From NCBI GenBank assembly GCA_963555985.3, contig OY820591.1, forward strand, positions 3,081,413 through 3,145,412: a stretch of DNA of 64,000 nucleotides. Reading direction: 5' to 3'. The position numbers and the translations under genes were made by a program. The notes under the pieces were generated by a model, which worked only from the letters and a program-made list of their open reading frames with translations, made no database searches and was not told the origin of the DNA. Below, piece by piece: positions 30,611-41,161 of the stretch (position 1 is its first letter; the number at the start of each line of letters is the position of its first letter). This DNA comes from Dehalococcoidia bacterium. Its GTDB lineage: Bacteria > Chloroflexota > Dehalococcoidia > Bin125.

Positions 30611-32502
30611 ACCTCCCGGAACTCCCCCTCCACCGTGTCATCGTCGACCGGAGGCTCCCCCGCGCCCGGCTCGCCGGACGCCTGCTGCTGACCGTAGACC
30701 CGCTCGCCGACCTTCATCAGGGTCGTGTTCAGATCGTCCAGCGCGCTCTGGATCGGCGCCGTGTCCAAGTCTTCGCTTTCGAGCGCCGTGCGTACGGCGG
30801 CGATCTTCGCGGTCAACTCTTCCTTCAGCTCGTCGTCGAGCTTGTCTTCGTTCTCGCGCATCACCTTTTCCGCCTCGTAGGCGGTCGTGTCGGCGCGATT
30901 GCGGACTTCGGCTGCTTCGCGGCGCTGCTTGTCTTCCTCGGCGTGCTCTTCGGCGTCGCGCTGCATCTGCTCGATCTCGTCGTCCGAGAGACCGCTCGCC
31001 GCCTGAATCGTGATCCGCTGCTCCTTACCGGTGCCCTTGTCCTGCGCGCCGACGTTGAGAATCCCGTTGGCGTCGATGTCGAACGTCACCTCGATCTGCG
31101 GCATCCCGCGCGGAGCGGGCAGAATCCCGTCGAGGATGAAGCGGCCCAGCGACTTGTTGCCGCCCGCGATCTCACGCTCGCCCTGGAGCACGTGAATCTC
31201 CACCTGCGACTGGTTGTCGGCCGCGGTCGAGAACACCTGGCTCTTGGACGTGGGAATCGTCGTGTTGCGCGGAATCAACGGAGTCGAGACCCCGCCCAGC
31301 GTCTCGATTCCGAGCGTCAGCGGGGTCACATCGAGCAGCAACACGTCCTTCACTTCGCCCCGCAGCACGCCCGCCTGGATCGCCGCGCCCAGCGCGACCA
31401 CCTCGTCCGGGTTCACGCCCCGGTGGGGTTCCTTGTTGAAGAACTGCTCCACCTTCTGCTGCACCAGCGGCATTCGTGTCTGACCGCCGACCAACACCAC
31501 CTCGTCGACCTGGTCGCGCGTGATCCCCGCGTCGTCCAGCGCCTTGCGGCAGGGCGCGAGCGTGCGGTCGACCAGCTCTAGCACCAGCTGCTCAAGCGTG
31601 GCTCGGGTCAGCGTGTGCGTGAAGTGCTTCGGACCCGAAGCGTCGGCGGTGATATAGGGCAGGTTGATCTCGGTCGATTGCGTCGTGCTCAGTTCGACCT
31701 TGGCTCGTTCCGCCGCCTCCTTCAGCCGCTGCAACGCCATCCGATCCTGCGACAGATCAATCGCCTGCTCCTTGCGGAAGGTGTCGACCAGGTGATCCAT
31801 CAAGCGCTGGTCGAAGTCATCGCCGCCGAGGAACGTGTCGCCGTTGGTCGAGCGCACCTGGAAGGTACCCTCGCCCAGTTCGAGGATCGAGATGTCGAAT
31901 GTGCCCCCGCCCAAGTCGTAGACGGCGATGTAGTGGTCGTCCTGCTTCTCCAACCCGTACGCCAGCGAGGCGGCAGTGGGCTCGTTGATGATCCGCAGCA
32001 CGTTCAGTCCGGCGATCCGGCCCGCGTCCTTGGTCGCGTTGCGCTGCGAGTCGTCGAAATAGGCCGGAACCGTGATCACCGCCTCCGAAATCGTCTCGCC
32101 CAGGTACGCCTCTGCGTCCGCCTTGAGCTTCTGCAAGACCATCGCCGACACCTCGGGCGGCGAGTAGGAGCGGTCTCCCATATGCACCCAGGCGTCGCCG
32201 TTTTCCGCTCCCTCAACCCGATAGGGGAGCAACTGCGTCGCGTTGCGCACGACCGGATCGGCGTAGCGCCGACCCATCAGCCGCTTGACGCTGAAGAGCG
32301 TGTCCTCTGGATTGGTCACGGCTTGACGCTTGGCCGCCGTACCCACAATCCGCTCACCGGTCTTGGTCATCGCCACCACCGACGGCGTCGTCCGGTTCCC
32401 TTCCTGATTCGGGATCACCGTCGGCTCGCCGCCTTCCATCACCGCGACCACCGAGTTGGTCGTGCCCAGGTCGATCCCAATCACGCGGCTGTTGTTGGCC
32501 AT
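30607..32502 (-). CDS. dnaK: Chaperone DnaK
   Basis: [44 protein letters not shown]. Confidence 0.99.
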   Translation of the reverse strand: MANNSRVIGIDLGTTNSVVAVMEGGEPTVIPNQEGNRTTPSVVAMTKTGERIVGTAAKRQAVTNPEDTLFSVKRLMGRRYADPVVRNATQLLPYRVEGAENGDAWVHMGDRSYSPPEVSAMVLQKLKADAEAYLGETISEAVITVPAYFDDSQRNATKDAGRIAGLNVLRIINEPTAASLAYGLEKQDDHYIAVYDLGGGTFDISILELGEGTFQVRSTNGDTFLGGDDFDQRLMDHLVDTFRKEQAIDLSQDRMALQRLKEAAERAKVELSTTQSTEINLPYITADASGPKHFTHTLTRATLEQLVLELVDRTLAPCRKALDDAGITRDQVDEVVLVGGQTRMPLVQQKVEQFFNKEPHRGVNPDEVVALGAAIQAGVLRGEVKDVLLLDVTPLTLGIETLGGVSTPLIPRNTTIPTSKSQVFSTAADNQSQVEIHVLQGEREIAGGNKSLGRFILDGILPAPRGMPQIEVTFDIDANGILNVGAQDKGTGKEQRITIQAASGLSDDEIEQMQRDAEEHAEEDKQRREAAEVRNRADTTAYEAEKVMRENEDKLDDELKEELTAKIAAVRTALESEDLDTAPIQSALDDLNTTLMKVGERVYGQQQASGEPGAGEPPVDDDTVEGEFREV

Positions 32503-32522
32503 CGTGCGAACTCCTTGATTCC

Positions 32523-33113
32523 TTACTCGTCGTCGTTCGAGGGAGCGTCGCCGGCCGGACTGACCTGGCCGTTGCCGACCATCACCTGAGTCGCGCGCAA
32601 GACGCGCCCGCTCACGGTGTAGCCGGTGCGCAGCACGGCGACGATTTCGTTGTGTTCGCCGGGGAGTTGTCCCACGGCTTCATGCAGGTTGGGGTCGAAG
32701 CGCTCGCCCTCGGTCTCGATCGGCAGCACGCGCTGTTTCAGCAGTAGACCCTGCAACTTTGTCTGAATCGCCACCACGCCTGCGCGCCAGGCATCCGACT
32801 CACCTGAATCGTCGGCCACGGCGCGCTCAAAGTCGTCGGCCAAGTCCAGCAAATCCAGCAGGATCCCCTGCTGCCGACGCTGCACTTGATCGCGCACATC
32901 CTGCGCCGAGCGGCGCTTGAGGTTCTCGTAGTCGGCCTGCGCCCGCTGCCAACCGGCCAGGTTGCGCGCCGCCTCCTCGCGCGCTTGCACGAGCTCAACC
33001 TCCGCCGCCTCCGGTGCGTCCGCCTCACCGTTCACGATGTCGTCTTCGCCCAATTCGTCCGGAACGCCCGTCGGAGCGTCACTTGCAGGGGTATCGGCTT
33101 GATCATCGCTCAT
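32523..33113 (-). CDS. grpE: Nucleotide exchange factor GrpE
   Basis: [28 protein letters not shown]; operon context. Confidence 0.95.
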   Translation of the reverse strand: MSDDQADTPASDAPTGVPDELGEDDIVNGEADAPEAAEVELVQAREEAARNLAGWQRAQADYENLKRRSAQDVRDQVQRRQQGILLDLLDLADDFERAVADDSGESDAWRAGVVAIQTKLQGLLLKQRVLPIETEGERFDPNLHEAVGQLPGEHNEIVAVLRTGYTVSGRVLRATQVMVGNGQVSPAGDAPSNDDE

Positions 33114-34171
33114 GCGTTGGCTCCGTAGACGGTGTCCATCAACTCCTCCAACAGGTGCGAGTAGAAGCGCGCCGCCGCGATCGAGCGCATGTAATTCATC
33201 CGTGTCGGCCCAATCACGCCCACATAGCCGGGCGCGCCGTCATCGCCGTCGTGTAACCCATAGGGCGCAATCACGAGCGAGCAATCCTGCAAGATCTCGC
33301 TCGGGTGATCCTCGCCGATCAACACGCTCATCCCCGTCTCGGCGCCGTGTTCGATCACTGTCGCCGGTACCAGCTCCTCCACCGCCCGCCGATCCACCAA
33401 CTCGATCAGCTCCAGCGAGCGATCCGGCTCAGTCTGAAACTCCGGCTGCGCGATCATCCCGCCCAGACCGGAAATGCTCGGCACCGCCGCGCGCTGCACA
33501 TCGTGATCGAGCACGCGAGCGAGCGCCGCCAGTACAAAGCGCTCGTCTTCGTCCGGCGCCGTCTCCGCCGCCGAACGCACCTCGTCTGCGCTCTGACCCC
33601 GAAACTCCCCGCTAATCCGCGCCGCCAAATCCGACAGCTCGTCCGCCTCCAACGGTTGTCGCAGCGGCATCAACTGCCGAATCAAGCGAGCCTCCTGTAC
33701 CACCACAATCATCAGCGCGAGCAGATCGTTCAGCGAGATCAGCTCCATCTGCCGCACCCGCAACCGTCGCGGTCGCGGCGGAGCGACGATCGCCAACAGG
33801 CCCAGCGACTGCCCCAGCACGGTCGCCGCCAGACCCACCCATTCGTCCACCGCCGGAGCGGCCTGGTAAAACTGGTGCCGCAGACTCGCCTGTTCCGCAA
33901 TCCCCAGCTCCACATGACCCATCAGCGACTCCACGAAATGCCGGTAGCCACGATTCGAGGGCACCCGGCCCGCCGACGTATGCGGATGAGTCAGATAGCC
34001 CGCCTCCTCGAGCGCGTGCATCTCATGCCGAATCGTCGCCGCAGAGGCGGGCAGCGCGTACTTCTCGACCACATGCCGGGAGGCGACCGGCGTCGCGGTC
34101 TCGATGTAGTCCTGGACGACCAGTTGGAGTATGCCCGCGCGGCGGTCGGACAGAGGCTCCCGAGGCATCAC
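33110..34171 (-). CDS. hrcA: Heat-inducible transcription repressor HrcA
   Basis: SAATIRHEM, PHTSAGRVPS, GVIGPTRMNY. Confidence 0.96.
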   Translation of the reverse strand: MMPREPLSDRRAGILQLVVQDYIETATPVASRHVVEKYALPASAATIRHEMHALEEAGYLTHPHTSAGRVPSNRGYRHFVESLMGHVELGIAEQASLRHQFYQAAPAVDEWVGLAATVLGQSLGLLAIVAPPRPRRLRVRQMELISLNDLLALMIVVVQEARLIRQLMPLRQPLEADELSDLAARISGEFRGQSADEVRSAAETAPDEDERFVLAALARVLDHDVQRAAVPSISGLGGMIAQPEFQTEPDRSLELIELVDRRAVEELVPATVIEHGAETGMSVLIGEDHPSEILQDCSLVIAPYGLHDGDDGAPGYVGVIGPTRMNYMRSIAAARFYSHLLEELMDTVYGANA

Positions 34172-34213
34172 AGCTCCGCTCTGCTGATAACGTTCAGCGT
34201 CAATTCATCAGTT

Positions 34214-34240
34214 CTGGCACTCTCACAGTGAGAGTGCTAA
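34214..34240 (-). promoter_or_regulatory. CIRCE operator
   Basis: Minus strand TTAGCACTC-N9-GAGTGCCAG, ~40 bp upstream of hrcA. Confidence 0.95.
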
Positions 34241-34458
34241 CGAGGCGATCCTATCAGCCCCAAGCGAGCACGGCAATCGCCGCCGCGCCTCCTCAGAGCG
34301 CTCACGCAACAGAAATCCGCCCGCTGCGTCACCTGTGATACCTATCTATGGGAACTCTGAACAACTCTCCCCCCGCACCGCGAGGGGCGATGTCACGCAG
34401 CCTGCCCCAGCGTAGGCAGGGGTGACAGAGGGGGTCCCGACAAGCGGAGAGCACACCC

Positions 34459-35685
34459 ATGACCACACCGAGCACGACCGAAGACACAGAACGCCGCCGC
34501 GTCGTGATCACCGGCCTCGGCGCAATCACCGCAGCCGGCCCCACAACCGCAGACCTCTGGCGCGCCCTCTGCGAAGCAACCGTCCACACCGCCCCGCTCA
34601 CTGCCTTCGATCCGCCCCGGCCAGCCGCCGCCGGACAGATCCCCAACTACGCCGGACCAGCCGGCGTTCCCGCCTGGCTGCTGCAACGCATGGATCGCGC
34701 CTCCCAACTCGCGCTCGACGCCGCAATCCAGGCCGTCGAAGACGCCCGCATCGTCTTTAGCCAGGCCAACGCCCACGCCGTCGGCGCGATCACCGGTACC
34801 GCCCACCCAGGTGTGGGAGCAAGCTGGGCCGCGCTCGGCTCCGGTCTTGCCGGCGTCTCCGTCGGCCTCGACATCGCCGGACCCGTCTTCACCATCTCCG
34901 CCGGCGGCGCATCCGGCCTAGCCGCTGTTGTGACCGCTACCCAATTGATCCGCAACGGAGTCATCCGCGCGGCGCTCGCGATCGGCGCTGAAGCCCCGCT
35001 CCGAGCCGAAGTCTGGAACCAGTACGAGGCCGCCGGCCTGCTCGATCCGACTGACGATCCTCAAGCCCAGCGCCCCTTCGACGCCCGCCGTCAAGGACTC
35101 GTCCTCGGTGAAGGAGCCGCAGCGCTGATGCTCGAAGACCGCCAACTCGCCACCCAGCGCGGAGTCGACATCTACGCCGAAATCGGCGGCGAAGCGATGA
35201 GCGCCGGCCCGATCGGCGACGGCCAAGCCCCAACCGACGTCGAAATCGCTCGCAGAGCCATCGGCGAAGCGCTCCTCAGCGGCGAAGTCGCCCCGGGCGA
35301 CATCGATGTCGTCGTCAGCGCTGGCATCGGTACCCCCAAGGGCGACCCCCGCGAAACCGACCTGCTTGAGCGCTCCTTCGGTCGCCGCGTGCTCGACATG
35401 TATGTCACCGCGCCCACTCCAAACATCGGCTACACCATCGGCGCAGCCGGCGCGCTCAACGCCGTCGCCACCGCCAAAGTCGTCGCCGAGCGCCAAATCT
35501 TCCCCCACGCCACCTACGCCGAGCCGGACATCGAGTGCGGCCTCGACATCGCCAAACGCCTCTACCAAGACCGCATCGTCGGGGCCGTCACCACCGCCCA
35601 CGGAAGCCACGGCCAAAACGTCGCCCTCGCCCTCCTCCCCCACATCCCCGAACCAGGCGACGAATTGCCCGTGCTCATCAACTAG
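34459..35685 (+). CDS. Beta-ketoacyl synthase-like protein lacking the catalytic triad
   Basis: RRVVITGLG, RPFDARRQGLVLGEGAA; SAGGASG, SAGIGT and TPNIGY replace TACxxG, HGTxT and KxxxGH. Confidence 0.85.
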   Translation: MTTPSTTEDTERRRVVITGLGAITAAGPTTADLWRALCEATVHTAPLTAFDPPRPAAAGQIPNYAGPAGVPAWLLQRMDRASQLALDAAIQAVEDARIVFSQANAHAVGAITGTAHPGVGASWAALGSGLAGVSVGLDIAGPVFTISAGGASGLAAVVTATQLIRNGVIRAALAIGAEAPLRAEVWNQYEAAGLLDPTDDPQAQRPFDARRQGLVLGEGAAALMLEDRQLATQRGVDIYAEIGGEAMSAGPIGDGQAPTDVEIARRAIGEALLSGEVAPGDIDVVVSAGIGTPKGDPRETDLLERSFGRRVLDMYVTAPTPNIGYTIGAAGALNAVATAKVVAERQIFPHATYAEPDIECGLDIAKRLYQDRIVGAVTTAHGSHGQNVALALLPHIPEPGDELPVLIN

Positions 35686-35733
35686 AGCTTCATCCCTCAC
35701 ACCGGCACACCCGTCACACCTGCGCCCCCTCCG

Positions 35734-36750
35734 TCATTCCCGCGAAGGCGGGAAGGTGGGTTCACATTGCAACTGCAACAACTGCCGACCGAAGACTTCG
35801 GCCGGGGAGAGGTAGTCGAGGCACTGGCGGGGGGTGTTGTTGTACAACTGCAGCACTTCGATCAAACGCGCGAGGCTGAGTTGGGCGAGGTCGAGCCGGC
35901 GCGGCAGGACCCGGCGCAGGCGTCCGATCGCATTCTCGATCCCGCCCTTCTGCCAGGGCGCGTAGGGGTCGCAGAAGAAGGTCTCCACGCCCAGCCGGTG
36001 CAGTTCGTAGTGGCGGGCGAACTCGGTCCCGTTGTCGAACGCGACCGTGCGCCGCAGGGCGGGCGGCCAGGCGCGGAGCAGGCTGAGCAGCAGGCGCGCG
36101 ACCGGAGCGGCCGCCTTGCCCGCCACGGGCAAGCCCACGAGCAGCCGCGAGGAGCGCTCGTGCAGCATCAGCAGGAGCGGACCGCCGCGCCCGAAGAGCA
36201 TCAGGTCGGCCTCCCAGTGACCGGCTTCGAGCCGCCCGGCGGCCGCCGCCGGGCGCTCGCTCAGGGGCCGCCGCAGTTGGATGCGCTCGACCGAACTGCC
36301 GCCTTTGCGCCCGCGCCAACCGCGTTTCGCCTTGCGCCGCGGCAGATACTGGCGCCAACCGCCGCCGCGGCCGGGCTTGGCCCGCGAGGCTTGGGCGTAG
36401 ATGAAGCGATAGATGCTCTCGTGCGAGATCACCGGCGCGCCCGCCTCGCGCGCCAGCCGGCCTGCGACCTGTTGCGGCGAGAGCCCGCGGGCCAACTCGC
36501 GCAGCACCCGCGCGCGCAGCTGATCGTCGCGTTCCAGCCGCGAACCGCGCCAGCGCCGCGCCTGGGCCTGTTGCTGGGCGTAGTCGGGACGGTAGCCGTC
36601 GCGCGCCGTGTTGCGTTTCAGCTCTCGAGCAATCGTCGATGGCGAGCGATCCAGAGCTGCAGCGATCTGCCGGATCGAGCGCCCCTCGGCCTGTAAGCGG
36701 GCAACCGCGCATCGCTCCGCCAGGTCCAACTGCGTGTACTGCGCGCCCAT
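35734..36750 (-). CDS. IS30-family DDE transposase
   Basis: RSPSTIARELKRN HTH, GHWEAD, FDNGTEF, PWQKGGIENAIG. Confidence 0.96.
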   Translation of the reverse strand: MGAQYTQLDLAERCAVARLQAEGRSIRQIAAALDRSPSTIARELKRNTARDGYRPDYAQQQAQARRWRGSRLERDDQLRARVLRELARGLSPQQVAGRLAREAGAPVISHESIYRFIYAQASRAKPGRGGGWRQYLPRRKAKRGWRGRKGGSSVERIQLRRPLSERPAAAAGRLEAGHWEADLMLFGRGGPLLLMLHERSSRLLVGLPVAGKAAAPVARLLLSLLRAWPPALRRTVAFDNGTEFARHYELHRLGVETFFCDPYAPWQKGGIENAIGRLRRVLPRRLDLAQLSLARLIEVLQLYNNTPRQCLDYLSPAEVFGRQLLQLQCEPTFPPSRE

Positions 36751-36794
36751 GGGCTCACCTCAATCATCTGTCGCACTTCGTCTGTGAGACTAGG
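35755..36794 (-). mobile_element. IS30-family insertion sequence, copy 1 (1040 bp)
   Basis: 26-bp imperfect IRs GGTGGGTTCACATTGCAACTGCAACA / CCTAGTCTCACAGACGAAGTGCGACA; GAA duplication at 35752-54 and 36795-97. Confidence 0.92.
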
Positions 36795-36984
36795 GAATCT
36801 CGAAGCACCCAATCAACCCAACCGGACCAGACCTTCGACGGACCCCGATCCTCCCATCGCAGATCCCCTCTCCCCCCGCACCGCGTGGGGAGATGTCCCA
36901 GAGGGACAGAGGGGAGCCCAGCCATCGGCGATAGCCTGACCAAGAAGTCAAGAGCCGCGCACAGACACAGCTGCACAAGCGTGG

Positions 36985-37929
36985 GTGAAGAGGATCGACC
37001 CGATGATCGACACGGTGAACTACGGACGTCTGAGCGAGGGCCTGCTGATCTACCAGATCGCTATGCAGCGCTTCATTGCCCGAACGCTGCGAACCGCCAA
37101 CAACGGGGCAGGAGACTGGTTCCGTGATCTGGCCCTCACGTCGCTCAAGGGCGATCGGCTCAAGAACTTGGAGCGAAATTTGACGGAAACTGACGACGGA
37201 TCCAATCCAGAGCAGCTACTAGACGCCAGCCATTTTCCAGAGGTAATCGATGCCAACTGGGAATTGTTCAGGGGTGCTTTCAAAGATCGCAACCAGGTAA
37301 AGAGTCAGACCCGACGGATCAGAAAATGGCGGCCGCCCTGGGCGCACCCGTCTGACAAGACAACAGGAGAATTGACGAATGCCAATGTGGATGAACGACT
37401 GGAGACATGCCAGCTCGTAGTGGGAAGGTTCGACTCCGAGGCCGCAAAGCGGCTTGAGACCTTGCGGACGCGCACGAACGCTGATGCAGACGCGGCAGCA
37501 TCGAACTCCATGGCAGGCGACGAATCGACTTCGCCGGTGACAGACAATAGTGAAGTCGATCCAGAACTGGATGCACGGATTGAACAGTGGAGAGCCGAGC
37601 ACGCAGAAAAAGTCAAGCGACTGCGTCGGAAGTTTCGGCTGTATCAGCAAGCGGCGGCAAGGAAAGCAGCCCTGAGTGTGGCTGAAAGGGCGCTCGCAGA
37701 TGCAGAGTCGGACTTGTATGAGGATGTTCAGGAGGAGTGGAGTGAAGCGCATTCCTTCCAGTGGGACGACTGCTTGGCAGGTCTACTCCAAGCGACCTTC
37801 GATGCAGGCTATCCGCGTGGACACCTTGTCGAGGACTATGGCAACGGCAGTGGAACCATCCAGTTTGACGTATCCGAGAGAGACTTGAGATTCGACATAG
37901 AAATCAAAATTGAGCTCCGAGACGGGTGA
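36985..37929 (+). CDS. Swt1-like HEPN domain protein with coiled-coil C-terminal region
   Basis: LLDASHFPEVIDANWELFRGAF..RKWRPPWAH resembles Swt1-like HEPN (RNxWAH); more AT-rich than the backbone. Confidence 0.65.
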   Translation: MKRIDPMIDTVNYGRLSEGLLIYQIAMQRFIARTLRTANNGAGDWFRDLALTSLKGDRLKNLERNLTETDDGSNPEQLLDASHFPEVIDANWELFRGAFKDRNQVKSQTRRIRKWRPPWAHPSDKTTGELTNANVDERLETCQLVVGRFDSEAAKRLETLRTRTNADADAAASNSMAGDESTSPVTDNSEVDPELDARIEQWRAEHAEKVKRLRRKFRLYQQAAARKAALSVAERALADAESDLYEDVQEEWSEAHSFQWDDCLAGLLQATFDAGYPRGHLVEDYGNGSGTIQFDVSERDLRFDIEIKIELRDG

Positions 37930-37936
37930 AGCCGCC

Positions 37937-38197
37937 ATGACCCAATACCCCGCCCTGCTTGACGGCGGCGAAGGCGCCTACGGCGTGGCGTTCCCCGATT
38001 TGCCCGGCATCGCCGCCATGGGCCGCACCGTCGACGAAGCGCTCGCCAACGCCGCCGAAGCCCTGCGTGATTACGCGCTGGAAACCGAGCGCGACGGCGA
38101 CGACCTCATACCGCCCAGCGCAGCGCACACCCTCCGCATCCCCAGCGGCAACCAGTTGGTGTTCATCCCCCTCGCTCCCACCCCCGCCCAGACCTGA
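37937..38197 (+). CDS. HicB-family antitoxin (short)
   Basis: YPALL..YGVAFPDLPG..GRTVDEALANAAEAL..IPPS. Confidence 0.88.
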   Translation: MTQYPALLDGGEGAYGVAFPDLPGIAAMGRTVDEALANAAEALRDYALETERDGDDLIPPSAAHTLRIPSGNQLVFIPLAPTPAQT

Positions 38198-38244
38198 CCC
38201 AACCCAAACAGCCCCCTAATCTGGCGATAGAGGAGCACCCCCTC

Positions 38245-38901
38245 ATGGACATCGCCTGGTACGGTCACGCCGCCTTCCGACTGCGCGGACGCGAAGCCGC
38301 CGTCGTCATGGACCCCTGCCCGCTCGAACAGACCGGCTTCAAACTCAACTTCCCCAGCGCCGATATCGTCACCATCTCCCGCACCGCCGACGCCGCTCAC
38401 AACTGGTTCGACGGCGTCGAACTCGCCCCGGGCGGCTACCAGGGACCTCTTGACGCCCCCGGCGAATACGAGATCAAGCGCGTCCTCGCTACCGGCGTCA
38501 ACACTCCCGGCCCCGACGGCGCCCGCAACGTTGCCTTCGTCATCACCATCGACGAAGTAATCGTCGCCCACCTCGGCGACCTCCGAGACATGCCCACGCG
38601 CGCAGCGCTCGACGAGTTGCAGCGCGCCCATGTCTGCCTACTCCCCATCGGCGGCGCCGGACGCCATCTCTCACCCGCCGCCGCCGCTACCGTCGCTACC
38701 GCTATCGGTGCCCGCCTGATCATCCCCATGCTCTACCAACCCGAAGGCGCAGAACTCGATACCGGCCTCGAACGCCTCGGTGCCTTCACCCAAGAAATGG
38801 GCGTCTCGATCGATCCGCCCACCGACAACCACATCAACGTCACCCCCTCCAACCTCCCCGCCGCCGCCACCGTCGCCCCCCTCCTGGCCAGAGGATCCTA
38901 A
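38245..38901 (+). CDS. MBL-fold metallo-hydrolase-like protein
   Basis: IAWYGHAAFRL, PGEYEIK, AHLGDL, LLPIGG, IIPM. Confidence 0.82.
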   Translation: MDIAWYGHAAFRLRGREAAVVMDPCPLEQTGFKLNFPSADIVTISRTADAAHNWFDGVELAPGGYQGPLDAPGEYEIKRVLATGVNTPGPDGARNVAFVITIDEVIVAHLGDLRDMPTRAALDELQRAHVCLLPIGGAGRHLSPAAAATVATAIGARLIIPMLYQPEGAELDTGLERLGAFTQEMGVSIDPPTDNHINVTPSNLPAAATVAPLLARGS

Positions 38902-39115
38902 ACCACGATCTCCCCCTTGAGAGCCTGTCCCCGCGCAGGCGGGGAGGGAGATGCCGCAGGCAGAGGGGGTGAAGACGCCGCAGCCCTCTCTGCCACGCCA
39001 CGTCTCACTCCCTCTGTCACGTAGAGCCTGCCCCCTACGAAGGCGCAGCCTCAGAGAAGCAGCACCCACCCCGATAGCCTGTGCCCAAACATGAACTCCC
39101 CAGGAAGAGACCCCC

Positions 39116-41020
39116 ATGCCCCAACAGTCGCAGCCTGAGCACGAGGTCGTCATCCAGCGCAACCGACGCATCCCCATGCGCGACGGTGTGGGGCTGGCGA
39201 CTGATGTGTACCTGCCCGCCCGCAACGGCGAAGCGGTCGCGGGACCCTGGCCCACCCTGCTCACCCGCACTCCCTACGACAAGCTCGGTTTCGCCGCCGA
39301 CGCCGAGTGGTGGGCGCGGCGCGGCTATGCCCGCATCATCCAGGACGTGCGCGGACGCTTCGCCAGCGAGGGCGACTTCTACCTGCTCAAGAACGAGGCC
39401 GAGGACGGCTACGACACGATCGAATGGCTCGCCCAACAGCCCTGGTCCGACGGCAAGGTCGGCACGATCGGCACTTCCTACATGGGCTGGGTCCAGAGCG
39501 CCGCCGCAACCCAAAACCCGCCTCATCTCGCCGCGATGTGGGTCAACCAGGGCGCGTTCAACGGCCTCACTTCGTCCCTCCGCCAGGGCGGAGCGCTGGA
39601 ACTGCGCTGGCTCGCCTGGGCCTTCTGGAACGCCCCTGTCTCGCCCGAAGCTGCACAAAATCCTGCGCTCTACGCCGCCCTCGATCAAGCAGCCGTCGAC
39701 CTGCGCGGCTGGCTCAACCGGCTGCCCTGGAAACCGGGCGCCACCCCGCTCGCGCTCACTCAGGACTACGAGCGCTGGGCGATCGACCTGCTCACCCAAG
39801 CCCGCGAGGACGACTGGCTCTGGCAACTGCCCTCAATGAACTTCGAGAAGTTCGTCGAGCAGACCGCCGACGTGCCCACGGTCTACTCCGGCGGCTGGTA
39901 CGACAGCTACACCCGCGCCACGACCGAATCGTTCGCCGCCTTCGCCGCCGCCAAGTCGTCGCCCCAGTACCTCGTGATGGGTCCCTGGACCCACGGCGAA
40001 GTCACTCTCGACCGCACCTGGTCGGGAGACGTCGATCTCGGCCCCAACGCGCCCACCAGCGGCAACCTGTCCAAAAGCGTCATTCACCATCGACTCCAGT
40101 TCTTCGACCACGCCCTCAAGGGTCTCGACTCCGGCTGGGGCGAGGTCGCGCCCGTGCAGATCTTCGTCATGGGCGGCGGCAGCGGCCGCAAGATCGTCTC
40201 CGGCCGCATGGATCACGGCGGCGAGTGGCGCGACGAGCAGGAATGGCCGCTCGCCCGCGCCGAGACGGTCTCCTGGTATCTGCACCGCGACGGCAGCTTG
40301 CAAAGCGAAGCCGCGGGCGAGGACGGCGGCTCCTCCAGTTACCTATTCGACCCCAACGATCCAGTTCCCTCGATCTCGGCCAACGTCTCCTCCCTGCGCG
40401 AATACGCGCCCGAAGACCCGACCCTCAGGCAGCAGATCTGGCCGCCCACCCAACGCTCGCGCGAATTGATCATGCCGGGAGGCGCAGACCAGCGCACCCG
40501 TCCCGACGTCATGGGCGCGGAACCGCCCTACCTCCCCACCGCCGCTCGAGGCGACGTGCTCTCCTTCCGCAGCGAACCGCTGGCCGAGGATGTCGAGGTC
40601 ACCGGACCCGTCACCGTCCGCCTCTACGTCTCCACCGACGCCCCCGACACCGATTTCACCGCCGCCTTGCTCGACTGCTATCCCCCCAACCCCGACTACC
40701 CCGAGGGCTACCATCTCCGCCTGACCGACAGCATCAAGCGCCTCCGCTTCCGCAACGGCTTCGACCACGAGCAGCTGGTTGCACCGGGGGAGATCGTCGA
40801 GGTCTCAATCGAGCTCTACCCGACCAGCAACCGCTTCGCCGCCGGCCATCAAATCGGCCTCGAACTCAGCAGCTCCAACTACCCCCGCTTCGACATCAAC
40901 CCCAACACCGGAGAACCCATCGGCCAAGAAACCCACCGCCGCTCCGCCCTCAACACCATCCACCACAACCACGAACACCCCAGCCGCCTCGAACTCTCCG
41001 CAATCCCCGCACTAGACTGA
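39116..41020 (+). CDS. CocE/NonD family hydrolase
   Basis: IPMRDGV.LATD, RTPY, QDVRGRFASEG, GTSYMG, GGWYD, GPWTH, SSSNYPRFD. Confidence 0.94.
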   Translation: MPQQSQPEHEVVIQRNRRIPMRDGVGLATDVYLPARNGEAVAGPWPTLLTRTPYDKLGFAADAEWWARRGYARIIQDVRGRFASEGDFYLLKNEAEDGYDTIEWLAQQPWSDGKVGTIGTSYMGWVQSAAATQNPPHLAAMWVNQGAFNGLTSSLRQGGALELRWLAWAFWNAPVSPEAAQNPALYAALDQAAVDLRGWLNRLPWKPGATPLALTQDYERWAIDLLTQAREDDWLWQLPSMNFEKFVEQTADVPTVYSGGWYDSYTRATTESFAAFAAAKSSPQYLVMGPWTHGEVTLDRTWSGDVDLGPNAPTSGNLSKSVIHHRLQFFDHALKGLDSGWGEVAPVQIFVMGGGSGRKIVSGRMDHGGEWRDEQEWPLARAETVSWYLHRDGSLQSEAAGEDGGSSSYLFDPNDPVPSISANVSSLREYAPEDPTLRQQIWPPTQRSRELIMPGGADQRTRPDVMGAEPPYLPTAARGDVLSFRSEPLAEDVEVTGPVTVRLYVSTDAPDTDFTAALLDCYPPNPDYPEGYHLRLTDSIKRLRFRNGFDHEQLVAPGEIVEVSIELYPTSNRFAAGHQIGLELSSSNYPRFDINPNTGEPIGQETHRRSALNTIHHNHEHPSRLELSAIPALD

Positions 41021-41051
41021 GTGCGCCCTTTCCCACGAACCGCCACGCTCG

Positions 41052-41080
41052 TTGACAAGGCCCATCAAGCCCGATAAGGT
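41052..41080 (+). promoter_or_regulatory. Sigma70-type promoter upstream of the NYN leader
   Basis: TTGACA-N17-TAAGGT. Confidence 0.7.
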
Positions 41081-41086
41081 GAGCGC

Positions 41087-41148
41087 ACCCCCCCTACCGG
41101 CTAGATGGTAGGGTCGAGGCCGCCGCACGACGGCGGCCTCTGTCTTTC
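41087..41148 (+). ncRNA. Candidate ~60-nt structured leader/small RNA ending in a terminator-like hairpin
   Basis: Stem CCCTACC/GGTAGGG (41092-41113), then perfect 10-bp stem GAGGCCGCCG/CGGCGGCCTC (41116-41140) followed by TGTCTTT. Confidence 0.5.
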
Positions 41149-41161
41149 CACAGGGTGCATA

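Noticed and set aside
35762-36712. Long alternative-frame ORFs inside IS30 (also 55360-56310) and other long shadow ORFs such as 39307-41055 and 60242-61711
   Set aside because: Arg/Ala/Pro-rich translations typical of high-GC shadow frames overlapping well-supported genes
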